Below, in pieces: positions 41,501 to 54,257 of a DNA stretch of 64,000 bases. Below the pieces are notes generated by a model. That model did no database searches. It was not told where the DNA came from and saw nothing but the letters and a program-made list of their open reading frames with translations. Every line of letters begins with the position of its first letter. The first letter of the stretch is position 1. Source of the DNA: Eledone cirrhosa (taxonomy: Eukaryota); contig OZ024762.1 of the NCBI GenBank assembly GCA_964016885.1, positions 28,210,001 to 28,274,000 of the forward strand. The letters run 5' to 3'. Made by a program: the position numbers and the translations under genes.

Positions 41501-43354
41501 AATTCGTCGAGCTATAGTGTCATTTGAAAGTGGCACCTGAGCCGCTTTCTTTGCCGCTGGATCGCCTAGCATTTCCATGCAGACATCTTTAATACAGCCT
41601 ATCACTAGCGTCTCACCGATTGTGTATGGCTTTTTAGCCTTGGCAACGCGAAGTGCTACTTTATAAGAAGCCCGCAAAACATAAGTATTTATGTGTGACA
41701 CTTCAAAGATCTGTTTCTGATGGCCTTTTAAATCAACATGCTTTCTTTCAAAGAACTCTTTTGGCTTTGAACTCATTTCTTTATATTTTGTATTTAAATG
41801 TCTCTTGAGATTTGATGGCTTCATTGACTCGTTAGCCAACACTTCTCCACAAATTACACACTGTGGTTTTTGCATTCCCCCATCATTCGTGGCTAAAAAA
41901 CCGAATTGAATGTATGAGGAGTCATATTTCCGAGTAAAGCTAGTACAAATTCTTTTTCCTTGCAATACTTCGGTTTCATTTACATCGCCTTCATCTGATT
42001 CAAAATTACTTTCGGGTTCAGAAACCGGATGTTTTGGCTTGATAAATATGTCCATAGGGCCTCGCTTTGCCATCTGTAAATTAGGGATAGAAATAATTAA
42101 TATAAATTCCATAACCCCAGGTATATACTTCTGGCTTCTTCGTGAGCCCCGTGTGTTGCAAATCAAAAATTGGCTTAGGTGAACCAGTTAGCCACTACCC
42201 GAGGCTCTCCATACTCTGATTTCACAAGTCTATTCCCCCCCCCCCCACGCCCCCCTAAAAAAGCGGGGGTTCAACATACAAACTGCTTCTCGCGAGTACT
42301 AAGGAAACTTCCCTAAAAAACTTATAGCAATCTCCTTCAGACAGATCTCTTCACAGGGCATATTACACAAAACTCGGGGTTTATTTCATCTCCAGGGCAC
42401 TAGAGAATTTACAAAATTAACAGGGGAATGCGGGGGTGTGGGCGTATATGGGTGTATTGTCTGGTTTTGTGTAGGCGTGAAGGGGATGACGCCTCTTTGA
42501 TGGCGTCGAGGCAGGAGAGGAGGAGAATTGTTTATCGTTACTTATCCACTCACCTAATCTTAATCACTCCAGCAAATATATAACATCTACTTCTCTACAT
42601 CCTTATATGTCATAATCTCAATACCACAAGGCCAGATGACGCTTCTTTTTATCATGAGAAAGGAATGAATGCAGAACAAGTCAACCACCTGTTTGATGGC
42701 GTCGACGCGGGAGAGGAGGCTAAGGGGTTACAGAGAGCATAAAATTAATTTACTGAGGGAATACCACGTAAATAATGTTTTTTTTACTGTTAAGAATTAA
42801 TCAGGCTATTTTAAGCGTGAGAAAACAGTTACATTAAGGGAAGAAATAATTTATTTGAGGATAAAGGGAGCATGGTTTTGAAGGAGAAGGGAGACTAAAG
42901 TATCATTCGGCGGCATTACAATATCACAAATATACTACATTTACTTACATAATCTCTACCACAGCCGGTAAGTACCACGCGTTACCACCGGCCAACTGAT
43001 AAGTTGTTTACTTACTGCAGTAGGTCGTTTAGTCACCGAAACTGATGCTGCACGGTCCATTTTCTGTTATTTGACTTTTTTTCTTCATAGAAAACTATGA
43101 TATATTATCAACTTATATTTTTACTATCGGGTTAATTTACCTATTATTGTCATATAATTTTCACTCCCAGTTTTCATTGCATGAGGACAAATTACTGAAA
43201 CTAGCAGTCACAGCCTAAAATTTCCTTGAAATTCCTTAGATTCTACCAATTCCTCAAATGATTCCTTAGCATGGCCTGGACACTGGCCGCGTGCCGATAG
43301 CTGATGGCTCGCGTACCGGCACCGGTCCGCGGACCACCACTTTGAGTAGCACTG
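38534..43354 (-). mobile_element. hAT transposon, Buster/Charlie group, full-length with frameshifted transposase
   Basis: TIRs cagtgcttctcaaa and tttgagtagcactg, exact 8-bp TSD atctatac (38526-38533, 43355-43362). BED finger PQCVIC..MKPSNLKRHL, LQLDECTD, CSDGA, LPFPSTYCCETGFS. Likely ATG at 42073 preceded by a tttacag acceptor. Confidence 0.95.
39101..40513 (+). mobile_element. RTE family A, 5'-truncated, open frame to 40214, nested in the hAT transposase gene
   Basis: YADD, PHD-like finger, 3' UTR and (GAT)n tail. hAT sequence resumes at 40514. Confidence 0.95.
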
Positions 43355-44890
43355 ATCTATACTACATCTTCTCATTAGTAAATAATTCCATATATACCAC
43401 ATGTTCTCGTTACTAAATAATTCCATCTATACCACATGTTCATGTTAGTATACAATGGTATGACAATGATCTATACATCTTCTCATCAGTAAATAATTCC
43501 ATCTATACCACATGTTCATGTTAGTATACAATGGTATGACAATGATCTATACATCTTCTCATCAGTAAATAATTCCATCTATACCACATGTTCCCGTTAG
43601 TAAATAATTTCATCTATATCACATTTGTTAGATCCTTCTATACCACATATTCGTGTCAGTAAATGATTTCATCTATACCACATGTTTATGTTAGTAAACA
43701 ATCGTTTCATCCAGACATGTTGTGGTTAGTAAACTATCATTTCATTGATACATGTTGAGGTTAGTAAAACACCATAATTTTATCGATACATGTTGTGGTT
43801 AGTAAAACACCATAATGTTATCGATACATGTTGTGGTTAGTAAAAACATAATTTTATCTGTACCACATGTTTTTGTTAGTAAACAATCATTTCATCCACA
43901 CCACGTTGTGGTGCTTAAAAATTTATTCCATCTATACTGTGTTTGTGTTAGTAAACAATTAATTGATCCATACCACGTGGTTAGTAAAACACCATAATTT
44001 CATCGATACCACATGTTCATGTTAGTAAACAATCATTTCATCTATACCACATGTTCTAGTTAGTAACATTTCATAATTTCATCCATACATACTATTCTGG
44101 TTAGTAAATAATCACACCCCCATCTATACCACATGTTCTCGTTGGTAACATGTTGCAATTCTATCTATACTACATGTTCTTGTTTGTAAACAATGACATA
44201 ATTCCATACTGTTCTGGTTAGTAAAACAATCTCATCTATACTACATTTTCTCGTTAGTAGACAATGGACCAGTTATAACGTGTTCTCAATAGACTATGGC
44301 ATATTTATACCATGTTCTCCTCACTAGTAGACAATGGGATAGTCCATTTATGCCACATGTTTTGGTTAGTAGACAATAGGACATCTATACCACATGTTCT
44401 CATTAGAGAATGACATCTTCACATGTTCTCGTTAGAAGGCAATGAGACATTTTCACCACATGGTCTCATTGGTAGACAATGTAGTTCATCCATGCCACAT
44501 GTTTTCATTAGCAGTCAATGGTATAGTTTAGTCATACCACATATTCTCATTAACACACTAGTATAGTTCATTCATGCCACATGTTCTCATTGACAATGGT
44601 ATAGTTCAGTCATACCACGTTTTCATTAATAGACAATGGTTTAGTTCATTCATGCCACATGTTCTCATTAACAATGGTGTAGTTCATTCATTGCCACATG
44701 TTCTCATTAATAGACAATGGTATAGTTCATCCCACATGTTCTCATTAACATTCAGAACGCTACATTATGTATTAATGGGAGATTGCTCTCATCACAAATT
44801 GTCTTCGACAGCACGTTAAAAGTTAATAGCTAATTGTATTGTTCATTCAAGCCACATGTTCTCATTAATAGATGACATCTTCACCACATG
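43355..44890. repeat. Degenerate ~30-40-bp tandem repeat (catctataccacatgttc..gttagtaaa), also at 38440-38533
   Basis: Recurrent ccacatgtt core. The hAT inserted into one unit. Confidence 0.88.
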
Positions 44891-44914
44891 TTGTTTGTGT
44901 GTATTTTTCTCCAG

Positions 44915-45006
44915 GTGTTGAAATTCAGTGTATTGGACATTTCAAATTGTTGTTTTCCTTGCTGCGACTGGAGAACTGTGCTAAACTACAGCAGTGTACA
45001 CTAGAG
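44915..45006 (+). CDS. DNAJC13: DNAJC13 exon 8 (G-VEIQCIGHFKLLFSLLRLENCAKLQQCTLE)
   Basis: tttctccag acceptor, GAG|gtcagt donor, 92 nt phase 1/0. CIGHFKL motif. Confidence 0.95.
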
Positions 45007-45029
45007 GTCAGTTCAGTCTTCATATATGC

Positions 45030-45069
<40 letters not shown>

Positions 45070-45251
45070 GTTTCTACTTTAGGCACAAGGCTAGCAATTG
45101 CCCAGTGCATTACTGGTACTTTATTTTATCGACCCCGTAAGGATGAAAGGCAAAGTCAACCTCGGCGGGATTTGAACTCAGATCGTAAAGGGACGTAACT
45201 ATGCTGGAAAGCATGGCGTCCGACCCTCTACCGATACTGCCAATCCACCGC

Positions 45252-45286
<35 letters not shown>

Positions 45287-45331
45287 GAGAGTAAAACAAA
45301 GAATCCTTTAATACATCAAAAGTTTTTATTA

Positions 45332-45369
45332 GCCGACAATGTTTCGTCCTATTAAGGACTCATCAGGGC
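45332..45369 (-). ncRNA. Minimal type I hammerhead ribozyme, inverted-arm copy
   Basis: Exact reverse complement of 52200-52237. Confidence 0.88.
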
Positions 45370-47749
45370 AATCAAAACAACAAGAGGTAATATCGGCAGA
45401 TACAAGCCAGAAACTCTGAAGAATATGGAGTGTACATACACTAATGATAATAAAAATGAAAATAAAGATAAAAATAATAAAAATATATAATAAGAATAAT
45501 TAAGGATGTAGATAACATTAAGAACCATATTACAAATATAGTCCAAAGCAACCAACCTAAATCTAAACAAATTTGGTTATATAGAGCAGGAATTATATAT
45601 AACAGAATATAATACATTATAATAATAATATACTTTTACCAACATTAAAATTCCAAATTAAAAATCAAAAGGTACAATATATACATGTATATATGTGCGC
45701 GCACACACACATATAACAACACACATATCTATGTTCGACTACACAAAAATTAAGCCCTATTAGAAGTGAGCATGGTAAGAGTGAAAATAATACTAATACA
45801 TCTACCCAATATACATGAGGCAATAATATGATATAATTACAAGAAACACATATAACAAATAATAAACAACAAAATTATATAATTCAATATAATATAATAA
45901 AATAGATAATCCCCGGTTAATTTACAGAAACAATATAGATGTCACAATAAAATACAATGATAAAACGTTAACTGTGTATTAACATATACCATAAACAATA
46001 TATACAAATTGATTCATACTGGGTTACAGAATAAATGAGGAAATATAAATTATATAATACTCAAAAAAACTATAATGGTACAGGGAAAAATTATGATGTT
46101 ACAGAAAAAAATTATGATGTTACAGAAAAAAATATGATGTTACAGAAAAAATATACAGACATCTAACATGATATGTAAAGTCTAAATATCATAATGTTAC
46201 ATATTACAATATTACAAAAATCCAGACATCTTACATGATATATAAAGTTTAAATATCATAATGTTACATATAATGATCAATATTACATACAATATAATAT
46301 AATATATTATAAAATTGGCATAAAATATTTAAATACTTATAATTACAAGGTTAGTAGACAGACATATGTGGATGAGTGAGCGAAGCCAGACAGTGAATAG
46401 TAAATAGAATATAGAATAAAACAAATAAATTCAATCAACCGGAAATTACAAAACAAAAGCAAATGTATACACATTTAGGCCTCGCGTGCATTTAAGAAAT
46501 TAGGTAAACACTAAGGAAAGCAATCATTTTAATTGACTCCAAACCCTATTTGATAAATTAATATTAAAAATATTGAACCCGTCCAATAAGGTAGTATAAT
46601 ATTAGCTGTAGTTTAAGTCATTAAAGTATATAAACTTTAATGTATCGTTACAAATGTTTACAAAAAGGAATAAAATTATACTATCATATACGCAACGATA
46701 TCTAAAAAACTGACTTAAGTAGAAGTAAGGTAGGCTAATGGGGACAGAATTGACGAAATATATGGAGGGTGCGAAGTGGCATAACATATATTCGATATAC
46801 TATAATAAATAATAGAACGGAGCATAAAAGAGGGGGGGGGGGTTAAATATAATCATATTCAATCTGGAGGGGTTGACAATAAGTTTATGTGCGCATAAAT
46901 AAATGTGTCGATAGATAAATCAGAATAGACTTAGAAATAAAAATAGAATTAAAATTAAAGTTAATAATAATAAAAAAATAAAGATAATAATAGAATAACG
47001 TAAGTGGCGTAAAGTGTGTAATCTTATGTATACTAACAAGGTGTAATAGTGAAGACATAGATATGGTACAGTAGCCAAATGATTATGAGAGCTGGAATGA
47101 AGAGTCATCAAAAACCAATGATAACATTAATGTTGGCAAACAAAAGAACCCAAACAAAAAACTAAGTAATGGAATATATCTGCTAATGGGTACAATTTGT
47201 ACTACTAGAACATTTGGGTTTATAATAAAAATAAGAATTAGAAATGGCGTGGGGGGCAAGAAGAGAATATCTCAGACTTTCTATTCAGTAAGGGTACGCT
47301 AGAGAAAATAATAGAGTGTGTCTCAAGTATACAGAGATTACAAAACTTACTATGTGCAGAAAGGTGGTTAGATCGTGCTACTAAACTCCAGTTAAGGCTA
47401 TATGGTATATAAGCTCCCTTAAGATCCCAGATATAATGAGCTAGAGAGGTAGAATTCTTAAACCTAACATGTTTGAAGTTAGAGATATGAGAGTTAAACC
47501 TAGTCTTAAAAATGTTTGAAGTAGATCCTATATACGTTCTTTTAGAGGAATTAGTTATAACCTCGCAAGCGTAGACAATGTTCTTAGAAAGGCAGTTACC
47601 GTTTAGAGGGCAGTTAGCACTCACTCTACAATTGCACTTCCGGGTGTTATTGGTTGGCTTGAGTGGTGATGTATTACACGTAGGACCTCTATTAGATAAG
47701 GACTGTTCTGGTGGTAAAGCATTGTCCGATCCATTCAGACTAGTAGTCC

Positions 47750-50116
47750 AGACTTAAAAATATTGTTACGGGTTTCGGTGAGAATAAGTCCATTCTGGTC
47801 CCGGCAGATAAGACTAAGAATCTATACTCCATGGACTATAGTACATACCGCGATTTTATTTATAAAGAGTTATATAGAAACTATAAAAAAACTACGCTTG
47901 AGAATTTGAACCACATCAACAGTGAGGGCCTTAGAATAGTCTCTGACCTCGGACTCGATAAGTATACCCAGCCATATTACCCTCGAGAACCGAGATTCAC
48001 ACTTAAGGACCATAAGGTTGATTTTATTAGTAACCCCTCAGTTAGACTTATCTGTCCTTCTAAGTCGGATATAGCCATTATCAGTAAAAAAATCCTTGAC
48101 CTTATTATACCAGATGTTAGGGATAAGGTTAATTTTAACCTATGGGGGAACACTAGGGAAGTTATAGATTGGTTCTCTGGGATTAATAGACTTGAATCTA
48201 ATAAGTTTATCCAATTTGATATTGATGCCTACTACACATCAATTTCACCCATCCTCCTCAATAAAGCCTTAATGTTGGCCATGAGAGTGTCCAGCCTTAC
48301 ACGATCGCAGGTAGATATTATACTAGCAGCCCGTAAAACTATTATTAAATTTGAGGACATATTTTGGACCCCTAAAAACACGCCCAATAATTTTGACGTT
48401 ACAATGGGTTCGAGTGATTCGGCCCAGGTTACTGATCTTGTTGGGTTGTTCCTCCTTAATGAACTATACGCTACCTTCCCGCACCTTATAGGCGGACTAT
48501 ATCGTGATGATGCATTGTTTGTAATTAACTCTAGTACCAACAATGTAGAACTTAATAAGAAGAAGCTTTATAAGTTTTTTAAAAGCTACAACCTTTCAAT
48601 CACGATAGATAGAAATGATAGAGCGGTTAACTTTTTGGATGTGACTTTGGACTTGGCCACTAATAGTTTTAAACCCTTCCATAAGCCTAATGAAATTCTT
48701 TCTTATGTTAGCCCCAACTCTAACCACCCTAAGTCTATGATAAACTCTATAATTAAGGGCGTTTCTAATAGGATTTCCACACTATCTAAGGACATAGGAA
48801 CTTTTAATGAACATGCGGACTACTACAATAATGCCCTAGCAAATTCAGGTCACTCTAGTAAAATAAATTATAATAATAGTAACCTTAGAAAGTCTCCGCT
48901 TACTCTTAATAATAATAACATTATATCACATAACATGGCCATGAATGGGAGTAGCAAACATAGTAACCGTAGAACTTATATAAGAGTATCTGAACCCACC
49001 CATAAGTTATCCCACCGGACTCGTAATAGCAAATATAATACCTCTAGGAGACAAGTCGAACCCCCTGTGCGCTCACGCATTGGTGTTGGTTTGGCTGGAT
49101 CTTATTCTAATAATGTTGCTCCTACTGATCCTATCATTGGCCCTAATCCTCTTGTAGGGATTCCGGACAACAGCGGATCTACTGGAGGTAGAAACTATAA
49201 TAGGCATAACGAAATTATGGCTGATTCTATGAATGTGGCTTCAACTATTCCTGATAGTAACCCTAGTCTCGACGGTGGGACATTTGATAGAGGTAGGGTC
49301 GGTAAGAATAAAAATAAAAATAGAAGGCGATTAAATACTTATTTCAACCCGCCATATAATCAGGATGTATCAACTAATATCCCTAGGTCTTTCTTCACTA
49401 TCTTAGAGAAAAATTTCCCCCCTTCTCACAAATACCATGGTATTTTTAATAAAAATGTTATTAAACTCTCATTCTCTACCACCCCTAATATTAGTTCTCA
49501 GTTAGCTAGCACTAATAATAGGAAAATTAGGGATGGATTCTCCTCTCTACATACTACTAGTCTGAACGGATCTGACAATGCTTTACCACCAGAACAGTCC
49601 TTATCTAATAGAGGTCCTACGTGTAATACATCACCACTCGAGCCAACCAATAACACCCGGAAGTGCAATTGTAGAGTGAGTGCTAACTGCCCTCTAAACG
49701 GTAACTGCCTTTCTAAGAACATTGTCTACGCTTGCGAGGTTATAACTAATTCCTCTAAAAGAACGTATATAGGATCTACTTCAAACACTTTTAAGACTAG
49801 GTTTAACTCTCATATCTCTAACTTCAAACATGTTAGGTTTAAGAATTCTACCTCTCTAGCGCATTATATCTGGGATCTTAAGGGAGCTTATATACCATAT
49901 AGCCTTAACTGGAGTTTAGCAGCACGATCTAACCACCTTTCTGCACATAGTAAGTTTTGTAATCTCTGTATACTTGAGACACACTCTGTTATTTTCTCTA
50001 GCGTACCCTTACTGAATAGAAAGTCTGAGATATTCTCTTCTTGCCCCCATGCCATTTCTAATTCTTATTTTTATTATAAACCCAAATGTTCTAGTAGTAC
50101 AAATTGTACCCATTAG
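47750..50116 (+). CDS. PLE polyprotein: reverse transcriptase + C-terminal GIY-YIG endonuclease, 5'-truncated at the inversion junction
   Basis: Frame is open upstream of ATG 47831 through PADKTKNLY. Motifs QFDI..YYTSI, VTMGS, LYRDD, NFLDV, FNPPY, CNC..CPLNGNC, NIVY..YIGST, CNLC..E. No internal stops. Confidence 0.92.
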   Translation, partial: RLKNIVTGFGENKSILVPADKTKNLYSMDYSTYRDFIYKELYRNYKKTTLENLNHINSEGLRIVSDLGLDKYTQPYYPREPRFTLKDHKVDFISNPSVRLICPSKSDIAIISKKILDLIIPDVRDKVNFNLWGNTREVIDWFSGINRLESNKFIQFDIDAYYTSISPILLNKALMLAMRVSSLTRSQVDIILAARKTIIKFEDIFWTPKNTPNNFDVTMGSSDSAQVTDLVGLFLLNELYATFPHLIGGLYRDDALFVINSSTNNVELNKKKLYKFFKSYNLSITIDRNDRAVNFLDVTLDLATNSFKPFHKPNEILSYVSPNSNHPKSMINSIIKGVSNRISTLSKDIGTFNEHADYYNNALANSGHSSKINYNNSNLRKSPLTLNNNNIISHNMAMNGSSKHSNRRTYIRVSEPTHKLSHRTRNSKYNTSRRQVEPPVRSRIGVGLAGSYSNNVAPTDPIIGPNPLVGIPDNSGSTGGRNYNRHNEIMADSMNVASTIPDSNPSLDGGTFDRGRVGKNKNKNRRRLNTYFNPPYNQDVSTNIPRSFFTILEKNFPPSHKYHGIFNKNVIKLSFSTTPNISSQLASTNNRKIRDGFSSLHTTSLNGSDNALPPEQSLSNRGPTCNTSPLEPTNNTRKCNCRVSANCPLNGNCLSKNIVYACEVITNSSKRTYIGSTSNTFKTRFNSHISNFKHVRFKNSTSLAHYIWDLKGAYIPYSLNWSLAARSNHLSAHSKFCNLCILETHSVIFSSVPLLNRKSEIFSSCPHAISNSYFYYKPKCSSSTNCTH

Positions 50117-51888
50117 CAGATATATTCCATTACTTAGTTTTTTGTTTGGGTTCTTTTGTTTGCCAACATTAATGTTATCATTGGTTTTTGATGACTCTTC
50201 ATTCCAGCTCTCATAATCATTTGGCTACTGTACCATATCTATGTCTTCACTATTACACCTTGTTAGTATACATAAGATTACACACTTTACGCCACTTACG
50301 TTATTCTATTATTATCTTTATTTTTTTATTATTATTAACTTTAATTTTAATTTTCATTTTATTTTTAATTCTATTTTTATTTCTAAGTCTATTCTGATTT
50401 ATCTATCGTCACCCCCTCTCCCCACCCCCTCCCCCTCCCCCCATGCGCACATAAACTTATTGTCAACCCCTCCAGATTGAATATGATTATATTTAACCCC
50501 CCCCCCTCTTTTATGCTCCGTTCTATTATTTATTATAGTATATCGAATATATTTTATGCCACTTCGCACCCTCCATATATTTCGTCAATTCTGTCCCCAT
50601 TAGCCTACCTTACTTCTACTTAAGTCAGTTTTTTAGATATCGTTGCGTATATGATAGTATAATTTTATTCCTTTTTGTAAACATTTGTAACGATACATTA
50701 AAGTTTATATACTTTAATGACTTAAACTATAGCTAATATTATACTACCTTATTGGACGGGTTCGATATTTTTAATATTAATTTATCAAATAGGGTTTGGA
50801 GTCAATTAAAATGATTGCTTTCCTTAGTGTTTACCTAATTTCTTAAATGCACGCGAGGCCTAAATGTGTATACATTTGCTTTTGTTTTGTAATTTCCGGT
50901 TGATTGAATTTATTTGTTTTATTCTATATTCTATTTACTATTCACTGTCTGGCTTCGCTCACTCATCCACATATGTCTGTCTACTAACCTTGTAATTATA
51001 AGTATTTATATATTTTATGCCAATTTTATAATATATTATATTATATTGTATGTAATATTGATCATTATATGTAACATTATGATATTTAAACTTTATATAT
51101 CATGTAAGATGTCTGGATTTTTGTAATATTGTAATATGTAACATTATGATATTTAGACTTTACATATCATGTTAGATGTCTGTATATTTTTTTCTGTAAC
51201 ATCATATTTTTTTCTGTAACATCATAATTTTTTTCTGTAACATCATAATTTTTCCCTGTACCATTATAGTTTTTTTGAGTATTATATAATTTATATTTCC
51301 TCATTTATTCTGTAACCCAGTATGAATCAATTTGTATATATTGTTTATGGTATATGTTAATACACTGTTAACGTTTTATCATTGTATTTTATTGTGACAT
51401 CTATATTGTTTCTGTAAATTAACCGGGGATTATCTATTTTATTATATTATATTGAATTATATAATTTTGTTGTTTATTATTTGTTACATGTGTGGTATAT
51501 TTGTTATTTGTTGTTTATTTGTTGTTTATTATTTGTTGTTTATTATTTGTTATAAGGGCGGTGGATTGGCAGTATCGGTAAGGGTCGGACGCCATGCTTT
51601 GAAGCATAGAGTTACCTCCCTTTATGATCTGAGTTCAAATCCCGCCGAGGTTAACTTTGCCTTTTATCCTTACGGGGTCGATAAAATAAAGTACCAGTAA
51701 TGCACTGGAATAATAGCTGGCCTTGTGCCAAAAGTAGAAACAATTATTTGTTATGTGTTTCTTGTAATTATATCATATTATTGCCTCATGTATATTGGGT
51801 AGATGTATTAGTATTATTTTCACTCTTACCATGCTTACTTCTAATAGGGCTTAATTTTTGTGTAGTCGAACATAGATATGTGTGTTGT

Positions 51889-51925
<37 letters not shown>

Positions 51926-52199
51926 ACATATATACATGTATATATTGTACCTTTTGATTTTTAATTTGGAATTTTAATGTTGGTAAAAGTATATTATTAT
52001 TATAATGTATTATATTGTGTTATATATAATTCCTGCTCTATATAACCAAATTTGTTTAGATTTAGGTTGGTTGCTTTGGACTATATTTGTATTATTTTTA
52101 TCTTTATTTTCATTTTTATTATCATTAGTGTATGTACACTCCATATTCTTCAGAGTTTCTGGCTTGTATCTGCCGATATTACCTCTTGTTGTTTTGATT

Positions 52200-52237
52200 G
52201 CCCTGATGAGTCCTTAATAGGACGAAACATTGTCGGC
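52200..52237 (+). ncRNA. Minimal type I hammerhead ribozyme with canonical core, predicted cleavage after C52234
   Basis: GCC CTGATGA GTCCT TAAT AGGAC GAA ACA T TGT C GGC, followed almost immediately by AATAAA. Confidence 0.9.
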
Positions 52238-52960
52238 TAATAAAAACTTTTGATGTATTAAAGGATTCTTTGTTTTACTCACTTAATTTTTTGGCTCTGT
52301 TTAACTGCATTGAGCTATACCTTTTACTGTCATTTCTATAATACGAAGAGGGTGTTTGACTCAAACACGCTCCAGTATTCTAATCCTTATATATATATAT
52401 ATATATAATGTGTGTGTGTGTGTTTGTTTGTGTTCTTGTTCATGTGTGCATGCATGTAAGTGTGTATATGTCAGTGCATTTTATCATAGCACCATTACTA
52501 CCACCTTACAGTGTGGGCTGTGAGTATTTTTTCATGGCACCATCACTACCACCTTACAGTGTGGGCTGTGAGTATTTTTTCATGGCAGGCACCATCACTA
52601 CCACCTTACAGTATGGGCTGTGAGTATTTTTTCATGGCACCATCACTACCACCTTACAGTGTGGGCTGAGTATTTTATCATGGCACCATCACTACCACCT
52701 TACAGTGTGGGCTGAGTATTTTATCATGGCACCATCACTACCACTTTACAGTGTGGGCTGAGTACATTTTACCATGGCACCAGCAATACTACTTTAGTGT
52801 GGGCTGAGCACATTTTATAATGGCACCAGCACTACCACTTTACATTGTGGACTGAGTATGTTTTATGGCACCAGCTCAGCCATATTTAAAAACTAGAATC
52901 TGTAATTATCTCATCTGTTGCTTTTTAAAATATTTTTTCCTCCTCCTTTCCTTTCTACAG

Positions 52961-53060
52961 GTGATTAACAGTGTAACCTCGAACCAGGAGTGTGTGAATG
53001 ATATTGCTGCCTCAGAGATACTCTCATACCTCTTACTTGCCATTCAGGGCCTACCTCAAT
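52961..53060 (+). CDS. DNAJC13: DNAJC13 exon 9 (VINSVTSNQECVNDIAASEILSYLLLAIQGLPQ-C)
   Basis: Strong pyrimidine tract plus ctacag, T|gtaagt donor, 100 nt. Confidence 0.95.
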
Positions 53061-53220
53061 GTAAGTTCCTGTTGCATGCCCCTGATATAGAGTAATGTAA
53101 ATGCTAAAGGGTTAAATAGAAATACATATCAGCATGTTGAAAACATTCTAGTATCTTAAAATTTTCTCTTTTTCACATTTGAAACCAAATCTCACTTTTC
53201 TTCTCTTTATATTATTACAG

Positions 53221-53295
53221 GTCATCTGTTGATATTAGAAAGTCTGTTTGCTTTGATGTCAAACACAAAAGTAGTGAAAGAAGCTTTAGCTAAAG
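53221..53295 (+). CDS. DNAJC13: DNAJC13 exon 10 (C-HLLILESLFALMSNTKVVKEALAK-G)
   Basis: attacag acceptor, G|gtttgt donor, 75 nt phase 1/1. Confidence 0.92.
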
Positions 53296-54056
53296 GTTTG
53301 TATATAAAGTGTATGTGTGTATCTGTATATAAGACCCCCCCCCCTGTTGTGTCAAGGGCATAACAACCTCCCTGCCCTAGTGTTGGTGACCTACACAATA
53401 AATACACCCAGTACACACTGTAAAGTCGTTGGTGATAGGAAGGGTGTCCAGCCATAGAAATTTTGCCAAACAAAGGGTTGGGAGGACCCTTCAGTTGTCT
53501 CAAAGAGATGACAGCCTCCTTAGTGTTAGTGATCTATACGATAAACACACTCAGTACATGCTATAAAGTGGTTGGTGATAGGAAGGCCATCCAGCCATAG
53601 AAAGCTTACCAAACAAAGGGTTGGAAAGTTTGGGAGGACCCTCTGTTGTGTCAAAGGCAGGGCAACCTCTCCTGAGCACTTAATGGAACGTGAGACCGTA
53701 CATAAGTGCACAGTTCCCTCTCCTGCCTGGTATATCAGTGGCTCCGCTTCAGTTCTTACTGAAATGCTAAATGGTTAAAAACTTATGCAATTACAATTTG
53801 GATTTCTTTGTCGCTGATGTTGTTGCCCACTTATTCCTGAGAGGGTCGTTGGGGAGCAGAGTCCTCAAACACTCCTTCCAACGGGACCTGTTAGAAGCAA
53901 CCGTCTCCTACTGATCCAGCTGAATCCTCAAGCGAGACCAACCATTTTGCTCAGGGTCTACCTCTGGGTCTCTTGCTGTTGGTTTTGCTCGTAAAATCTG
54001 TCCAGCGATTCTTTCTTGAGACATTCTTCAATTTTTTTTTTCTTCTTCTTCTTCAG

Positions 54057-54257
54057 GAGCCCTTGTATATTTATTGGACTTGTTTTGTAATTCGACAAAT
54101 CCCTCAGTCCGAGAGAAAACTTCGGAGTTGTTTGCGAAAATGTTGGCTGATAAATTAGTCGGTCCAAAAGTCAGGATTATTTTGGCGAAATTTCTTCCCA
54201 GTATTTTTATGGATGCAATGCGGGACTCTCCTGAAGCCAGTGTTCATATGTTTGAAG
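54057..54257 (+). CDS. DNAJC13: DNAJC13 exon 11 ([13 protein letters not shown]...[11 protein letters not shown]...[18 protein letters not shown])
   Basis: (ttc)n cag acceptor, G|gtaaga donor, 201 nt. Highly conserved DKLxGPKVRI and FMDAMRD. Confidence 0.97.

Larger units (their letters stand above)
45282..52387 (+). mobile_element. Penelope-like retroelement (probably Naiad clade) with a long inverted 5' arm, inserted in (TA)n
   Basis: 45282-47747 is the reverse complement of ~49553-52287. The sense copy runs 47748-52387. (TA)n on both flanks and a hammerhead in each arm. Confidence 0.92.

Noticed and set aside
47750-50300. Selenoprotein-type Naiad (in-frame UGA plus SECIS)
   Set aside because: The ORF has no in-frame TGA, ends in TAG, and no SECIS-like stem was seen after it.
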